A DNA stretch of 64,000 nucleotides from a virus (lineage: Duplodnaviria; Heunggongvirae; Uroviricota; Caudoviricetes). The DNA is taken from the IMG/VR virus record IMGVR_UViG_3300037510_000134, one strand, 5' to 3'. How positions within the stretch are numbered: position 1 is the first letter of the stretch; every line of letters starts with the position of its first letter. Under the pieces are notes generated by a model. That model was given only the letters and a program-made list of their open reading frames with translations, was not told where the DNA came from and made no database searches. This document shows, piece after piece, positions 36,227 through 45,504 of this stretch. The translations under genes and the position numbers were made by a program.

Positions 36227-36910
36227 CTAAGACCACTGTGCGCCGGACCACACCTTGACTGGCCCAGATTGAACCCATCCATCACCACTCCATATTAAAA
36301 CTCCCGAACCACTACTCGCCACAGGTGTATCCATTAAAGTTGCTATTTGTGATTCTGTAAGCGCTTCATCGTATATACGTAAATCATCTACTACTGTGGT
36401 GTTTGTTGTCCATTCCATTATATCTAATGAGTCTGCATCTGTTCTTAGTGGACCGGCGAAAACTGTCTGTGATCTGAATACCCCATCTACATATAGCTTT
36501 ACAGCTGAACCATCATAAGTAGCGGCATAGTGATGCCACAATCCATCACCAGGTATAGGGTATGTTGGTCTAGTAGCCAAGTCAGAATTCGATCTAGCCT
36601 GTACGGCAACGTTTCCACCGATATGCATTAATCCCCATGCACCTGAACCTATTGAACTAACATTCCATCTTACAATCCATGTAGCACCGGTGCCCTTTAT
36701 CCAGCACATAACAGTCCTGTTTGAAGTTTGGCCTAAAACAGGTAATTGTGGCATGGAACCGCCATTTTTAGTTAGACCAAATAACGTATGCCCATTAATA
36801 TCTCTAAGGGCGCTAGATCCAGCAATGCTAAAGTTATTATTGTTTCCACTATAATCAATAACTGTATTACCTGACGGCTCATCAAAAGCATATGCAGCAA
36901 GTAAGCTCAT
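36227..36910 (-). CDS. concanavalin-A-like/LamG lectin-domain protein
   Basis: GLWHHYAATYDGSAVKLYVDGV is a classic LamG/pentraxin-type jelly-roll motif; start reassigned to the ATG overlapping the upstream stop (ATGA coupling). Confidence 0.5.
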   Translation of the reverse strand: MSLLAAYAFDEPSGNTVIDYSGNNNNFSIAGSSALRDINGHTLFGLTKNGGSMPQLPVLGQTSNRTVMCWIKGTGATWIVRWNVSSIGSGAWGLMHIGGNVAVQARSNSDLATRPTYPIPGDGLWHHYAATYDGSAVKLYVDGVFRSQTVFAGPLRTDADSLDIMEWTTNTTVVDDLRIYDEALTESQIATLMDTPVASSGSGVLIWSGDGWVQSGPVKVWSGAQWS

Positions 36911-37287
36911 ATAATCTCGCCACCAAAAGGTATCCAAAGATCTCCTGCTGACAAATTAATATCGCTAGGGGCATCTGTAGATGGGTCGCCTCCAATAAAA
37001 AAGGTAGCGCGTGTGCTATTACCCCTTGAAGGCCAACCAGCATTAAATAATAGAAATCTAGGAGTATCTGATAAATTAACTTCAGACCCCTCTAAATCTG
37101 TTACTCTATTTTCTAATGCAGATACAACTAAGTTATCAGCCTTGTCATCTAGAAGATCATCAGTATCTGTTTTAGTATAGTAGTTCTCTAAACCATCTCC
37201 ACTTCCACCTGCGGCTATCTCCGCTTGAAGGTCAATGCCTGTATCTCTATAAAAACGACTATACTTATCTTCTAATTCATCGGCCAC
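36907..37287 (-). CDS. Gly/Asp-rich fibre-like protein (126 aa)
   Basis: Acidic N-terminus, Gly-rich C-terminus; stop overlaps the start of the LamG gene (ATGA). Confidence 0.4.
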   Translation of the reverse strand: MADELEDKYSRFYRDTGIDLQAEIAAGGSGDGLENYYTKTDTDDLLDDKADNLVVSALENRVTDLEGSEVNLSDTPRFLLFNAGWPSRGNSTRATFFIGGDPSTDAPSDINLSAGDLWIPFGGEII

Positions 37288-37502
37288 GCTTTAATTATAC
37301 CTAAATTAGGTTAGTACCGCAACACTATGGCTTAGGCGTATCATACACTACACTACGTAATATATGGCCACAGTTTTTACATATGCTTGCAACTGCGACT
37401 ATCAGTTGCGTATCAGGATCACGCTCTACTACTTTTCTAACCTTTTTGAAACTGCATTCCGGACACTTTTCCATATAAGTAGAATACCCAGATATTTAAA
37501 CA

Positions 37503-37694
37503 TTATACCTGTTCATTAAAATCTATACCGTTCCAATTATGGGATTTTTTACCGTGAGACTGCATTCCTCTTTTTACCTTAGCTATTGTCCTATCAAGGA
37601 TAGAGACACCACAGTCTGGACATTCTGCACCGAACCAAGTGTCTATTGGTCTCCATCTAATAGTAATACTTGGAGTATATGCTTTCTTTTCCAT
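37503..37694 (-). CDS. zinc-ribbon mini-protein (63 aa)
   Basis: ECPDCG motif; a further MEKCPECSFKK... mini-ORF lies at about 37330-37480. Confidence 0.3.
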   Translation of the reverse strand: MEKKAYTPSITIRWRPIDTWFGAECPDCGVSILDRTIAKVKRGMQSHGKKSHNWNGIDFNEQV

Positions 37695-37841
37695 TTAATC
37701 TATTTCGCCGCATTTCTATTCATCATATTTGCATGCTTTTCGGCCTTCTTGCGACCTTCTTCCCCTGGGCCGAATCCTGTTCTGGTACCGTCTGCATTCT
37801 TTACAGTCCACTGCGTACCATAATATTGTACTTCATATCTA

Positions 37842-38024
37842 TCAGACATCATATCCCCCTTGACTATTTAAAACTCTATTTAATCTTGCTGCTTTCTTTT
37901 CTGCATTGGATTTATCTTTATCCGTCTTTCCACAATGTTCTACAGTTCTACCATCTGGTGCGACTACTCCCCATCCGTAGAAATCACCCGTCCATTTAAC
38001 TTCATATTCTTTTCTAGCCATCAT
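37842..38024 (-). CDS. hypothetical protein (60 aa)
   Basis: ORF track. Confidence 0.3.
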   Translation of the reverse strand: MMARKEYEVKWTGDFYGWGVVAPDGRTVEHCGKTDKDKSNAEKKAARLNRVLNSQGGYDV

Positions 38025-38039
38025 ACCTCCTTAAATAAG

Positions 38040-38114
38040 TCCGGGCGGGGGGATTTGAACCCAACCTATTCCCATGTTATAAGCATGGTTCCTATACCAA
38101 TTGGAGTCACCCGG
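38040..38114 (-). tRNA. tRNA with anticodon TAT (Ile codon AUA), weak T-stem
   Basis: Acceptor CCGGGTG/CGCCCGG; anticodon stem CCATG/CATGG perfect with loop CTTATAA; T-loop TTCAAAT but only 3 T-stem pairs. Confidence 0.5.
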
Positions 38115-38126
38115 TTACGGAAGTTG

Positions 38127-38163
38127 TCCCGCCAACCTACATTAGTAGGGTGGCTTAGGCGGG
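38127..38163. terminator. compound GC hairpin CCCGCC...GGCGGG with inner CCTAC/GTAGG stem
   Basis: Inverted repeats between tRNA 38040..38114 and the cupin gene; followed on the plus strand by CTTTCTTCC. Confidence 0.3.
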
Positions 38164-38514
38164 CTTTCTTCCAAGTTTATTAATCAGGAAGCCCCACTAT
38201 TTCCCCCCTGCCATTGCAATGGGGACAAATCTTAGGAACATTTGGATTTTCCTTGTCTTTTATGAATTTTTTGCCCAGGCATTTGGGACATGGTGCTTTT
38301 CCCATACACTACTCACAATCTCTAAAAGGAGAAGGCTTTTTAAAAAGCTTTTCTAACTTTGGTGTCTCTCTAACTTCCTCTAACGATTCAACAAAATCGT
38401 CATAGAGTTCTGGAGGAAGCTTATACACTAAGGTCTTTTCTGGCAGTGGTTCCATCCTGATCTCCTCTCGTGTGCCACCAGTCTACCACCGGTGCGATGG
38501 GGTGTCAACCATGC

Positions 38515-39012
38515 TTACCCCGTGGCTTCTCGTAATAGTTTCTCTCTAGTACTTAGTACAATATCCTGTAGCTCAGGCATAAGTATGTTATCTGCCATTA
38601 AATCTCCACTAGATCTATATTCACATGCTCTAATGTGGTCATTATTACTAGGGTTAATAGCAACATGTGGGATACCTGCTGGCATATATAGCTGTTCGCC
38701 GGCATGTTGCACAATCATATTTTCTAGATTATCTCCCCATAAAGTTACTGCTCCTTTAGGACCGGCCTCTATAACGTAAACTATTATATCAGTATCCTTA
38801 TGCATATGGGCATTAGCTACTCCTCCAGGTGGCATATAAACAACACCACAACTGATTTTAGCCTGCTCTATTTGAGAAAACCCTGGTGTCATTGCTTGCC
38901 CCTGTGGACTCATTACGTTATTAATCTTGTTGGTATCAAATACTGCTGGTATCATTTCTATTCTCCTTGAAAGTTTTAAGTGCTTGGAATATTTCGTCTG
39001 CATTTTTTGCAA
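38515..39012 (-). CDS. cupin-domain protein
   Basis: GGVANAHMHKDTD ... PAGIPHVAINP conserved His/Glu pattern of the cupin beta-barrel. Confidence 0.5.
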   Translation of the reverse strand: MQKMQTKYSKHLKLSRRIEMIPAVFDTNKINNVMSPQGQAMTPGFSQIEQAKISCGVVYMPPGGVANAHMHKDTDIIVYVIEAGPKGAVTLWGDNLENMIVQHAGEQLYMPAGIPHVAINPSNNDHIRACEYRSSGDLMADNILMPELQDIVLSTREKLLREATG

Positions 39013-39184
39013 GCCATTCCATTTCTTTAATAGCTAACTCTTTGTTAGGTCTCCATTTACTATTATCAAAAGTTTTCCAGGTTAATCCATCTTCACCTAA
39101 GGCTGATATGGTTTTACCTAAGTTAACTAAGTCTATATGTAATATCGTATCTTTGAGTATCTGGCGCGCATCATCTATTGTCAT
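38936..39184 (-). CDS. hypothetical protein (82 aa)
   Basis: ORF track. Confidence 0.3.
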   Translation of the reverse strand: MTIDDARQILKDTILHIDLVNLGKTISALGEDGLTWKTFDNSKWRPNKELAIKEMEWLAKNADEIFQALKTFKENRNDTSSI

Positions 39185-39372
39185 CTGTATATTCTTTCTT
39201 CCGGTTCACAATCCAGTTCTGCTCGTAATGATTTGCAAATAAAAGATGGAATGTTATCAGTAACATTCCATGCCTTAAGTTGTATTTTATGCCAGTATCC
39301 ATCTAGCTTGTACTCTATTCTGTAAAAATCATAATCTTCCACATAATGCCACATTAAATAGTTAATCTTCAT
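39181..39372 (-). CDS. hypothetical protein (63 aa)
   Basis: ORF track. Confidence 0.3.
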   Translation of the reverse strand: MKINYLMWHYVEDYDFYRIEYKLDGYWHKIQLKAWNVTDNIPSFICKSLRAELDCEPEERIYR

Positions 39373-39730
39373 TAACTTGTTTCTTTCCCTCTTCCGTCAG
39401 CTCGTAAACAATATTTCCTTGTTCGTCTGCTGTCATATATACTACTCCGGCGTCAATTAATTCATCCATTTCGGAATATACTGTTGACATAATAATAGCA
39501 TCTAGGAACTTCAACAAGCTAGGACTAAACTCTTTTATCTTTTCACGGTCTTTTATACGCCATAGATCCTTTCCCTTGGTTTCAACGAAACCTTTTTCTA
39601 CTAGGAAGCTCAACAGCGCTTCATCTTGAGTCTGTCCATCCTTAAGCTCTATCGGAATCTTTATTGTTTCAAAATCCTCATCTAACCTCAAGGCTTCTGC
39701 GTACAATCTTTGATATTCTTCATATTTCAT
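39362..39730 (-). CDS. hypothetical protein (122 aa)
   Basis: ORF track. Confidence 0.35.
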   Translation of the reverse strand: MKYEEYQRLYAEALRLDEDFETIKIPIELKDGQTQDEALLSFLVEKGFVETKGKDLWRIKDREKIKEFSPSLLKFLDAIIMSTVYSEMDELIDAGVVYMTADEQGNIVYELTEEGKKQVNED

Positions 39731-39738
39731 ATTTACTC

Positions 39739-41529
39739 CTAAAATATTCTGACGCCATCAAGAAAATCAGCTATTTCCGTAGGCATTGTTCTTGATACCT
39801 TTGGCTGGTGCCGTTCTGCCTTGAGTGCTTCAGCTTCTCTATTACGTCTAATTATATCCTCATACGTAATAACTTCCAAATCAGCGTCATCTCTAGGAGT
39901 ATAGGTAGATGCATTGTAGACCGCTCCGCACACCGCGTCGGATAAGTCCTTAGATGATTTATTAGTGTGATCTACCTTTCCATTTGGTAATACGACTAGC
40001 CTCTTGAGTTCATCCTTCAATAGATCTACATCTGGACCTTTGATCATGTATTGACCCATAAGTAAGGCCAGCTCTGAGTAATGATCTCTATCTACTGATA
40101 ACTTTTCAGCCTTTATACCAATACTGTTTAATTGCTCAATTATTTGATCGGAATTCCAGCGGTCAAATGTTACTAACTCAATGTTAAAGCCAGCTCTGTT
40201 TAGGCTAATAATGAAATCTCTTACGTCTGCAAAGTCCACCGGGCGAGTTCGATCAGGTTTCCAATATCTTACTATATCTACTACAACTTCCGGTGAAACT
40301 TCATTCTCAGCGTCAAATATAGCTTTCTTAAATCTGTCCACATGCGCCATAGAAACTGCACAATTATCCTGTACACGAGCAAGGTCGACATGTACATAGT
40401 ATTGCTTACCAGGAACCGGCTTTAGGATGATCTCAGTGGGGCCAGTGATCTCTGATATTCCATTGGCTTGAGTAAATGCTGCATCAATTTTATCCTTTGC
40501 CGGGAACCAGGAACCTTCTACGTTATCAGTTGGTGTAGCGGCAAATCTAGAAAGTGCGTCATCTATGTCATCATAAAACTCCATCTTGAACGTACTTGGA
40601 GTTTTGGTTGTGTTAACTACCCAAGTTGGAGCACGTAAAGCCCATACGTGATCGAATTTGTAATGAATGATTTCATCCTCAGTCCATTCAATATTAAGCT
40701 CATTTCCCCTGACACCATCCGGCAAACTCTCGTCCAGCTTTAATGTAGCAGATTTAGTGTATGTGACTTTTTCCGCAATAGAATCATTATAGTGACGAAG
40801 GATAAAACCATCTTTACGTCTAGGAAAGCTTAGTAGGAGAACTTTGCCATTCTTTTCAAAACGAGACGCTACAGTTCCACGCAAAGTCTTATACATCTTA
40901 TTTGCGCTTGGAGTTTCTGGATCATTGTCATCGAATCCATCAATCTCGTCAAGGACCGCAACTAAAATATTAAGACCTTCAGTACCTTCACCTTCTGAAT
41001 TCAAAGAGTGGACTGTGATGTTGTGGTCAAACTCTATATCTGTCGCTCGTGGATTATATTTCCCGGCGAACCATGGACATAGCTTTACACGAGTTTTGAA
41101 ACCCTTAAAGAATACTGTGGAAGCCTGTTTGGCGTTAATAGCTACGTTTACAATGTCTATGTTGTCGTCTTTAGGCTTGCCAAAATATCCGGCAGGGTTT
41201 CTTAAACATAAAAGCTGATAAACAATATAGCAACAAATTATTTGAGACATCATGTCCTTACCTGACGACTTACCTATCGCCAAGATAATTTCACGACTGT
41301 ATGGCTTAATTACGTCTTCATATGAAGGCTCATCTTTGTAAATATCTTCTAGTGTTTCTCTATTTAAAATTTGTGAGCCTCTTCTAACTATCTCTACTTG
41401 TAATGGAGATAGTGTAATATCTAATCCAAGATACTTCTTGTCATACAGAAATGTCTCTAACTTTACAGGTTTCTCTATAAAGATATCATCCTGCATAGCA
41501 TCTAAAAAGTCGCTAAAATCTAAACTCAT
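39739..41529 (-). CDS. terminase large subunit
   Basis: Walker A AIGKSSGKD, Walker B LVAVLDEIDGF; C-terminal nuclease-like region; 596 aa. Confidence 0.8.
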   Translation of the reverse strand: MSLDFSDFLDAMQDDIFIEKPVKLETFLYDKKYLGLDITLSPLQVEIVRRGSQILNRETLEDIYKDEPSYEDVIKPYSREIILAIGKSSGKDMMSQIICCYIVYQLLCLRNPAGYFGKPKDDNIDIVNVAINAKQASTVFFKGFKTRVKLCPWFAGKYNPRATDIEFDHNITVHSLNSEGEGTEGLNILVAVLDEIDGFDDNDPETPSANKMYKTLRGTVASRFEKNGKVLLLSFPRRKDGFILRHYNDSIAEKVTYTKSATLKLDESLPDGVRGNELNIEWTEDEIIHYKFDHVWALRAPTWVVNTTKTPSTFKMEFYDDIDDALSRFAATPTDNVEGSWFPAKDKIDAAFTQANGISEITGPTEIILKPVPGKQYYVHVDLARVQDNCAVSMAHVDRFKKAIFDAENEVSPEVVVDIVRYWKPDRTRPVDFADVRDFIISLNRAGFNIELVTFDRWNSDQIIEQLNSIGIKAEKLSVDRDHYSELALLMGQYMIKGPDVDLLKDELKRLVVLPNGKVDHTNKSSKDLSDAVCGAVYNASTYTPRDDADLEVITYEDIIRRNREAEALKAERHQPKVSRTMPTEIADFLDGVRIF

Positions 41530-42062
41530 CTGTCTGCTCGTTCAGAAGGCACGCCTTCTAAAACGCCTGTCACTTCCTTTAGTCTAGTCTGAATTTCCAG
41601 ACCGATTTTTGGATATTCTTTTGAGATATCTCTAAGAATATCAATAATTACCTGCTGCTTTCGTTCTGACTCTATTAATTGATCACCAATTTCATTGTCT
41701 GCTAGCATACCAGCTTTTTGCATAAAGTCTACTCGCTGTTTTTCAATGTCGGCTACCATCTTAAGACCCGTCATTTCTGCCTTATAGTCCCCTGAATCAT
41801 TTGCTACCGACACGGCATCGTATAGTTTATTGATAATGTCGTCATAATGCTGCCTTGTTCTTAAAACGGTTTCCCGCGACATCTCTCTCAGTATCTTATC
41901 TTGCATGGCGTACTGCTTGTATACAGCAAGTACATCTTCAACTTGACGCTTTTTTAATCCAGTAGTATTAACAATCTCAGGTATTGTTTTTCCACTAGCC
42001 CACATTGAGACAACCTTTTGCTCACGCTCGGCTTCTCTAATAATCTCTAGTTCACTCGACAT
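41526..42062 (-). CDS. putative terminase small subunit (178 aa)
   Basis: Position immediately upstream of and translationally coupled to the large terminase; HTH-like N-terminus; inference from synteny. Confidence 0.35.
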   Translation of the reverse strand: MSSELEIIREAEREQKVVSMWASGKTIPEIVNTTGLKKRQVEDVLAVYKQYAMQDKILREMSRETVLRTRQHYDDIINKLYDAVSVANDSGDYKAEMTGLKMVADIEKQRVDFMQKAGMLADNEIGDQLIESERKQQVIIDILRDISKEYPKIGLEIQTRLKEVTGVLEGVPSERADR

Positions 42063-42375
42063 TTTTCTTTGCTCTACTCTTCTTAGTTGTGAAGTACACT
42101 TTGCTCACTCTATCTATCCTGACACTTTTAAATCCTTCCGGAGAGATAAGCTCTAACCAAGTTGAATCTAGTCTAATGTCATGAACATAGCAAATGAACT
42201 TGTATTTAGTCCTATCATATTTTAATGTCAGTGTCATCCCTGGGGTAACTTTTCTATTCTTGTATTCAAATTCATAGTACACCACTTTGTTTTCATCATG
42301 TGCCCAGCGTTCTGATTTTTTTCCAGTAGTTCTTTTTGTTAGGCTCATTTCATGCCACCGGCATTTGGTGCCCAA
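42052..42375 (-). CDS. hypothetical protein (107 aa)
   Basis: ORF track. Confidence 0.3.
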   Translation of the reverse strand: MGTKCRWHEMSLTKRTTGKKSERWAHDENKVVYYEFEYKNRKVTPGMTLTLKYDRTKYKFICYVHDIRLDSTWLELISPEGFKSVRIDRVSKVYFTTKKSRAKKNVE

Positions 42376-42532
42376 ACCAATCCTTTGAATTCAAAAAGCT
42401 TCTTAAGCGGATGACCTTCTGGACAGAATTGGTCATTCCTTTGATCTATCGGTACATTTCTGTCTTCTTGTTTGCCACATTCTAGACAGACATATGAAAA
42501 GATTGGCATAAATTCCTCCTGATGAAATTATA

Positions 42533-43423
42533 TCACAAATTTAAGGCTCTTCGTATTCCTTCTTCTAATGTTATTCTAGCTGGCCTTATGAGATTCATCT
42601 TTGTAGGATCTCCTACTCTATACTGTACTCCGACCGGAGCATCAATTAAATGCTTAAGATCTGGCCTATAGCCTACAATATCTGTCAGAATTTTAGCAAA
42701 CTCGTTGAATGCTGTAGGTCTTCCAGTACATATATTAAATACATCTGGTTGCGACACTTCTATAGCCTTCAGCGTAAATTCTACAATATCGTCTATATGT
42801 ATCCAATCTCTTACTTGTTCGCCATCTCCCCATATTTCAAATGGGTTATCTCTTCTAGCAGCACGGGCAATAAATGATGGAAATGGATAGTCTAAAGATT
42901 GTCTTTCGCTGTACCCGCTGAACGGCCTGAAAATCCAAACATCTAGTTCATCCCTTACATATCTAAGCATCTGTTCTCCACTAAGTTTAGACCAACCATA
43001 AATGCTAGGATCAGGTACGCGAGTGTCATCCAAGTTAATGTCATCTTCAATTAATTTATAGGTATTCATGGCATGTGCTGGATGTGGATCGTAGCTATAT
43101 CTTGTCTGCAATCCGGCTGGATATGCAGCACTAGAACTATAGTAAACTACCTTACCTGGTTTGGTCTTTAAAGCCCATTGTATCATTTCTGCGTCTAACA
43201 CAAAGTTATTGAACAGCTTATGTGGAGATAAATCAATTACTTTTCTTCCGCCCACGGTTGCTGCTAAATGTATAACTAGGTCAAAATACTCATTATTATT
43301 TCTAAAGAATTTACCGGCTTCATTTCCTTCTACAATATCTACAAGTGTTAAGTCATGGTCTATTAAGCGTTTGTGGAAATAAGATCCGACAAAACCTCTG
43401 TGCCCAGTTATTAATATTTTCAT
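42533..43423 (-). CDS. NAD-dependent sugar epimerase/dehydratase (SDR family)
   Basis: N-terminal ILITGHRGFVGS Rossmann motif and YxxxK active-site region (YGWSK). Confidence 0.7.
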   Translation of the reverse strand: MKILITGHRGFVGSYFHKRLIDHDLTLVDIVEGNEAGKFFRNNNEYFDLVIHLAATVGGRKVIDLSPHKLFNNFVLDAEMIQWALKTKPGKVVYYSSSAAYPAGLQTRYSYDPHPAHAMNTYKLIEDDINLDDTRVPDPSIYGWSKLSGEQMLRYVRDELDVWIFRPFSGYSERQSLDYPFPSFIARAARRDNPFEIWGDGEQVRDWIHIDDIVEFTLKAIEVSQPDVFNICTGRPTAFNEFAKILTDIVGYRPDLKHLIDAPVGVQYRVGDPTKMNLIRPARITLEEGIRRALNL

Positions 43424-43972
43424 TTATTTTGCACCCCAAATTTGGTAATCATATAAGTAGTTTACCAGCTGGAGTTTATTTAACACAAATGGTTTAAATC
43501 CAGTACGTTTTAATAATTTGCGTATATCATCAGTGTCCCATGACCAGTAGTGTTCAGGATTGGGATCATCACCCGCGTTATCCGGTGTCGATAATACTAA
43601 ATTAGTTGTCTTAGTTCTTATATCTTTTAAAACTCTTTCTGGATCATCTAGATGTTCTAGGGTTTCAGACAATATAAACAAATCTACGTGGGGAATTTGA
43701 TGAATGGTTTCTTCTATTGCGCCACAGTATTTATAGCCCGGTGCGTAGTCGCCTAAATATAGTTTAACATTAGATATACATTTAGCTATAGCTGCATTAC
43801 CACAGGATAAGTCAGCTATAGATTTCACATCTTCGTCTAATGCTATCCATTTAACTAGAGCTTGTGTAGTAGATACTCGAATTAAATGATCGTGCCAATT
43901 ATTTGCATTATGAGGTTTTGCATAAATCTCTTTTAATTCTTCTTCTGAATATTTATCTCTCAGTCTTTTCAT
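43424..43972 (-). CDS. class I SAM-dependent methyltransferase
   Basis: DLSCGNAAIA motif I-like glycine loop; 182 aa. Confidence 0.5.
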   Translation of the reverse strand: MKRLRDKYSEEELKEIYAKPHNANNWHDHLIRVSTTQALVKWIALDEDVKSIADLSCGNAAIAKCISNVKLYLGDYAPGYKYCGAIEETIHQIPHVDLFILSETLEHLDDPERVLKDIRTKTTNLVLSTPDNAGDDPNPEHYWSWDTDDIRKLLKRTGFKPFVLNKLQLVNYLYDYQIWGAK

Positions 43973-44684
43973 CTATAACAAACCTCAGCTTTTCGACGTC
44001 TGTTGGTAACTCTTCTACTAGATATTTCTCTAATCTTATTCTGTCATTTGTCCAGTTCTCTGGTGAATTTGCCTCAATATATGTTTGGTCTTCTTTAGCA
44101 TTTCCGGCTACAGGATGCATATGTTGCACAATAACATCAGGCAAATAGATCAAGCTATCAATTGCCCTGGCAAGATCCATAAAGTAATTATCAATGTAGA
44201 GGTGAACGAATCCATTCGGTACTGCATATCCTAAAGTTGTAACAATGTTACTAGTCATAGCTAATTCTGTAGCAATAGCTTCTCCCATGACTAGATCGTT
44301 TCCATAAACAATTCCTACTGTAACTGTGTCTAATGCCTCTCTATATCGCTCGTCCCATTTATGAGTTTTAGGTAAGTGATCATCGCCCATCCATGCAATA
44401 TACTTGTATTTTTTGGCAACGCTTTTTGCAATTCTATTTAATGTCGGACCAAATTTCTCACGTCTTTTAGCTATCACTAGATTAAATCCATATTTTTCAG
44501 CAGCATCTTTATACCCTTCTAACTTTTCATCATCAGGGTCCACTCCAACATATAAATCTACTTGAGATTCGGTGTCTTGTAATGCTCTGTTTAATCTTTC
44601 AATATTTTGTGGCCTGCCTCTCGATGGGACAATTAATGCCATTTTGTTCATAATTCCTCCATAAGTTGATCTATCATACCCCAA
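43953..44684 (-). CDS. glycosyltransferase (GT-A fold, family 2-like)
   Basis: MALIVPSRGRP N-terminus and DxD-type acidic motifs (GVDPDDE, GDDH). Confidence 0.5.
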   Translation of the reverse strand: MGYDRSTYGGIMNKMALIVPSRGRPQNIERLNRALQDTESQVDLYVGVDPDDEKLEGYKDAAEKYGFNLVIAKRREKFGPTLNRIAKSVAKKYKYIAWMGDDHLPKTHKWDERYREALDTVTVGIVYGNDLVMGEAIATELAMTSNIVTTLGYAVPNGFVHLYIDNYFMDLARAIDSLIYLPDVIVQHMHPVAGNAKEDQTYIEANSPENWTNDRIRLEKYLVEELPTDVEKLRFVIDEKTER

Positions 44685-45367
44685 CGCGATTTATGTATGG
44701 TTGTTGGTCTATCCCAATCATAATTAACAAGGTTTGGCGTGTGTGGTTTTAAAGCGTATCCGCTCAATACGTTCCTGTGAGTTGCTATACATATCAAACA
44801 ATCTATAGGAGAATAAAAACCTTCTTGTCTTATGTGATCTAACAGCTTGACGGAGCCCTTTTTACTAAATGCAAAGGCAACATTACCATACCCTTGCCAT
44901 AACCTAACTATGTCCCCATTATCGCAATCGAATATGTTTTTAGATTTCTGTCCATACACGGGGACACCTGTACTATCATAACTTGCAACGGAAGTATAAT
45001 CTCCGTATTGGTTAGTAGGAGACCATATAGCAAAGCAATCCCAGTCTTCTGGTAATGAATTTATATAGTTAGTAACCCTATCACACATGCCAACCGTAGG
45101 AATGGCATCATCCTCAAAATAGATGATGCCATTATTTTCCGCCCCATATTCCAAGCATGTCAATACTGAAAAGAATATACCAAACTCTCCAGCCTTGAAC
45201 GGTCCTGGAGTGGGTACATTAAAATGTTCTTTGGCCTTTCTCAGAGATACAGGATCTTTACCATTACAGAAGTCAAGCTGTACTTCTGTATGATCAAGGA
45301 AGAATAGACGTAACTGATTCTTATTGTCTTGTCTACTGTCATCAATGCTGATAATGGTATAGTCCAT
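44648..45367 (-). CDS. putative glycosyltransferase (239 aa)
   Basis: YFEDDAIP DxD-like motif; operonic with the preceding glycosyltransferase. Confidence 0.4.
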   Translation of the reverse strand: MDYTIISIDDSRQDNKNQLRLFFLDHTEVQLDFCNGKDPVSLRKAKEHFNVPTPGPFKAGEFGIFFSVLTCLEYGAENNGIIYFEDDAIPTVGMCDRVTNYINSLPEDWDCFAIWSPTNQYGDYTSVASYDSTGVPVYGQKSKNIFDCDNGDIVRLWQGYGNVAFAFSKKGSVKLLDHIRQEGFYSPIDCLICIATHRNVLSGYALKPHTPNLVNYDWDRPTTIHKSRWGMIDQLMEEL

Positions 45368-45504
45368 TACTTTATATCTTCTTTCTCCAGTGCCCGGCGA
45401 ATTGTCATTACGGACACCCTTGCTTCTTTAGCCATTTCCTCAATAGTTTTTCTGTCGTGTAGATATCGCTGTATCAACCATGCTCTGCTTGTATGTAACT
45501 TCAT
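45367..45504 (-). CDS. small HTH DNA-binding protein (45 aa, MKLHTSRAWLIQRYLHDRKTIEEMAKEARVSVMTIRRALEKEDIK)
   Basis: Hand translation; helix-turn-helix EEMAKEARVSVMTIRRAL; below the ORF-track cutoff. Confidence 0.35.
   Translation of the reverse strand: MKLHTSRAWLIQRYLHDRKTIEEMAKEARVSVMTIRRALEKEDIK

Noticed and set aside
36880-36940. Possible programmed -1 frameshift joining ORFs 36907..37287 and 36227..36937, which overlap in different frames
   Set aside because: The overlap is the standard ATGA stop/start arrangement (TGA of the upstream gene overlapping the ATG of the downstream gene). The ORF-track start at 36937 is a TTG, and the real start is the ATG at 36908-36910, so translational coupling suffices.
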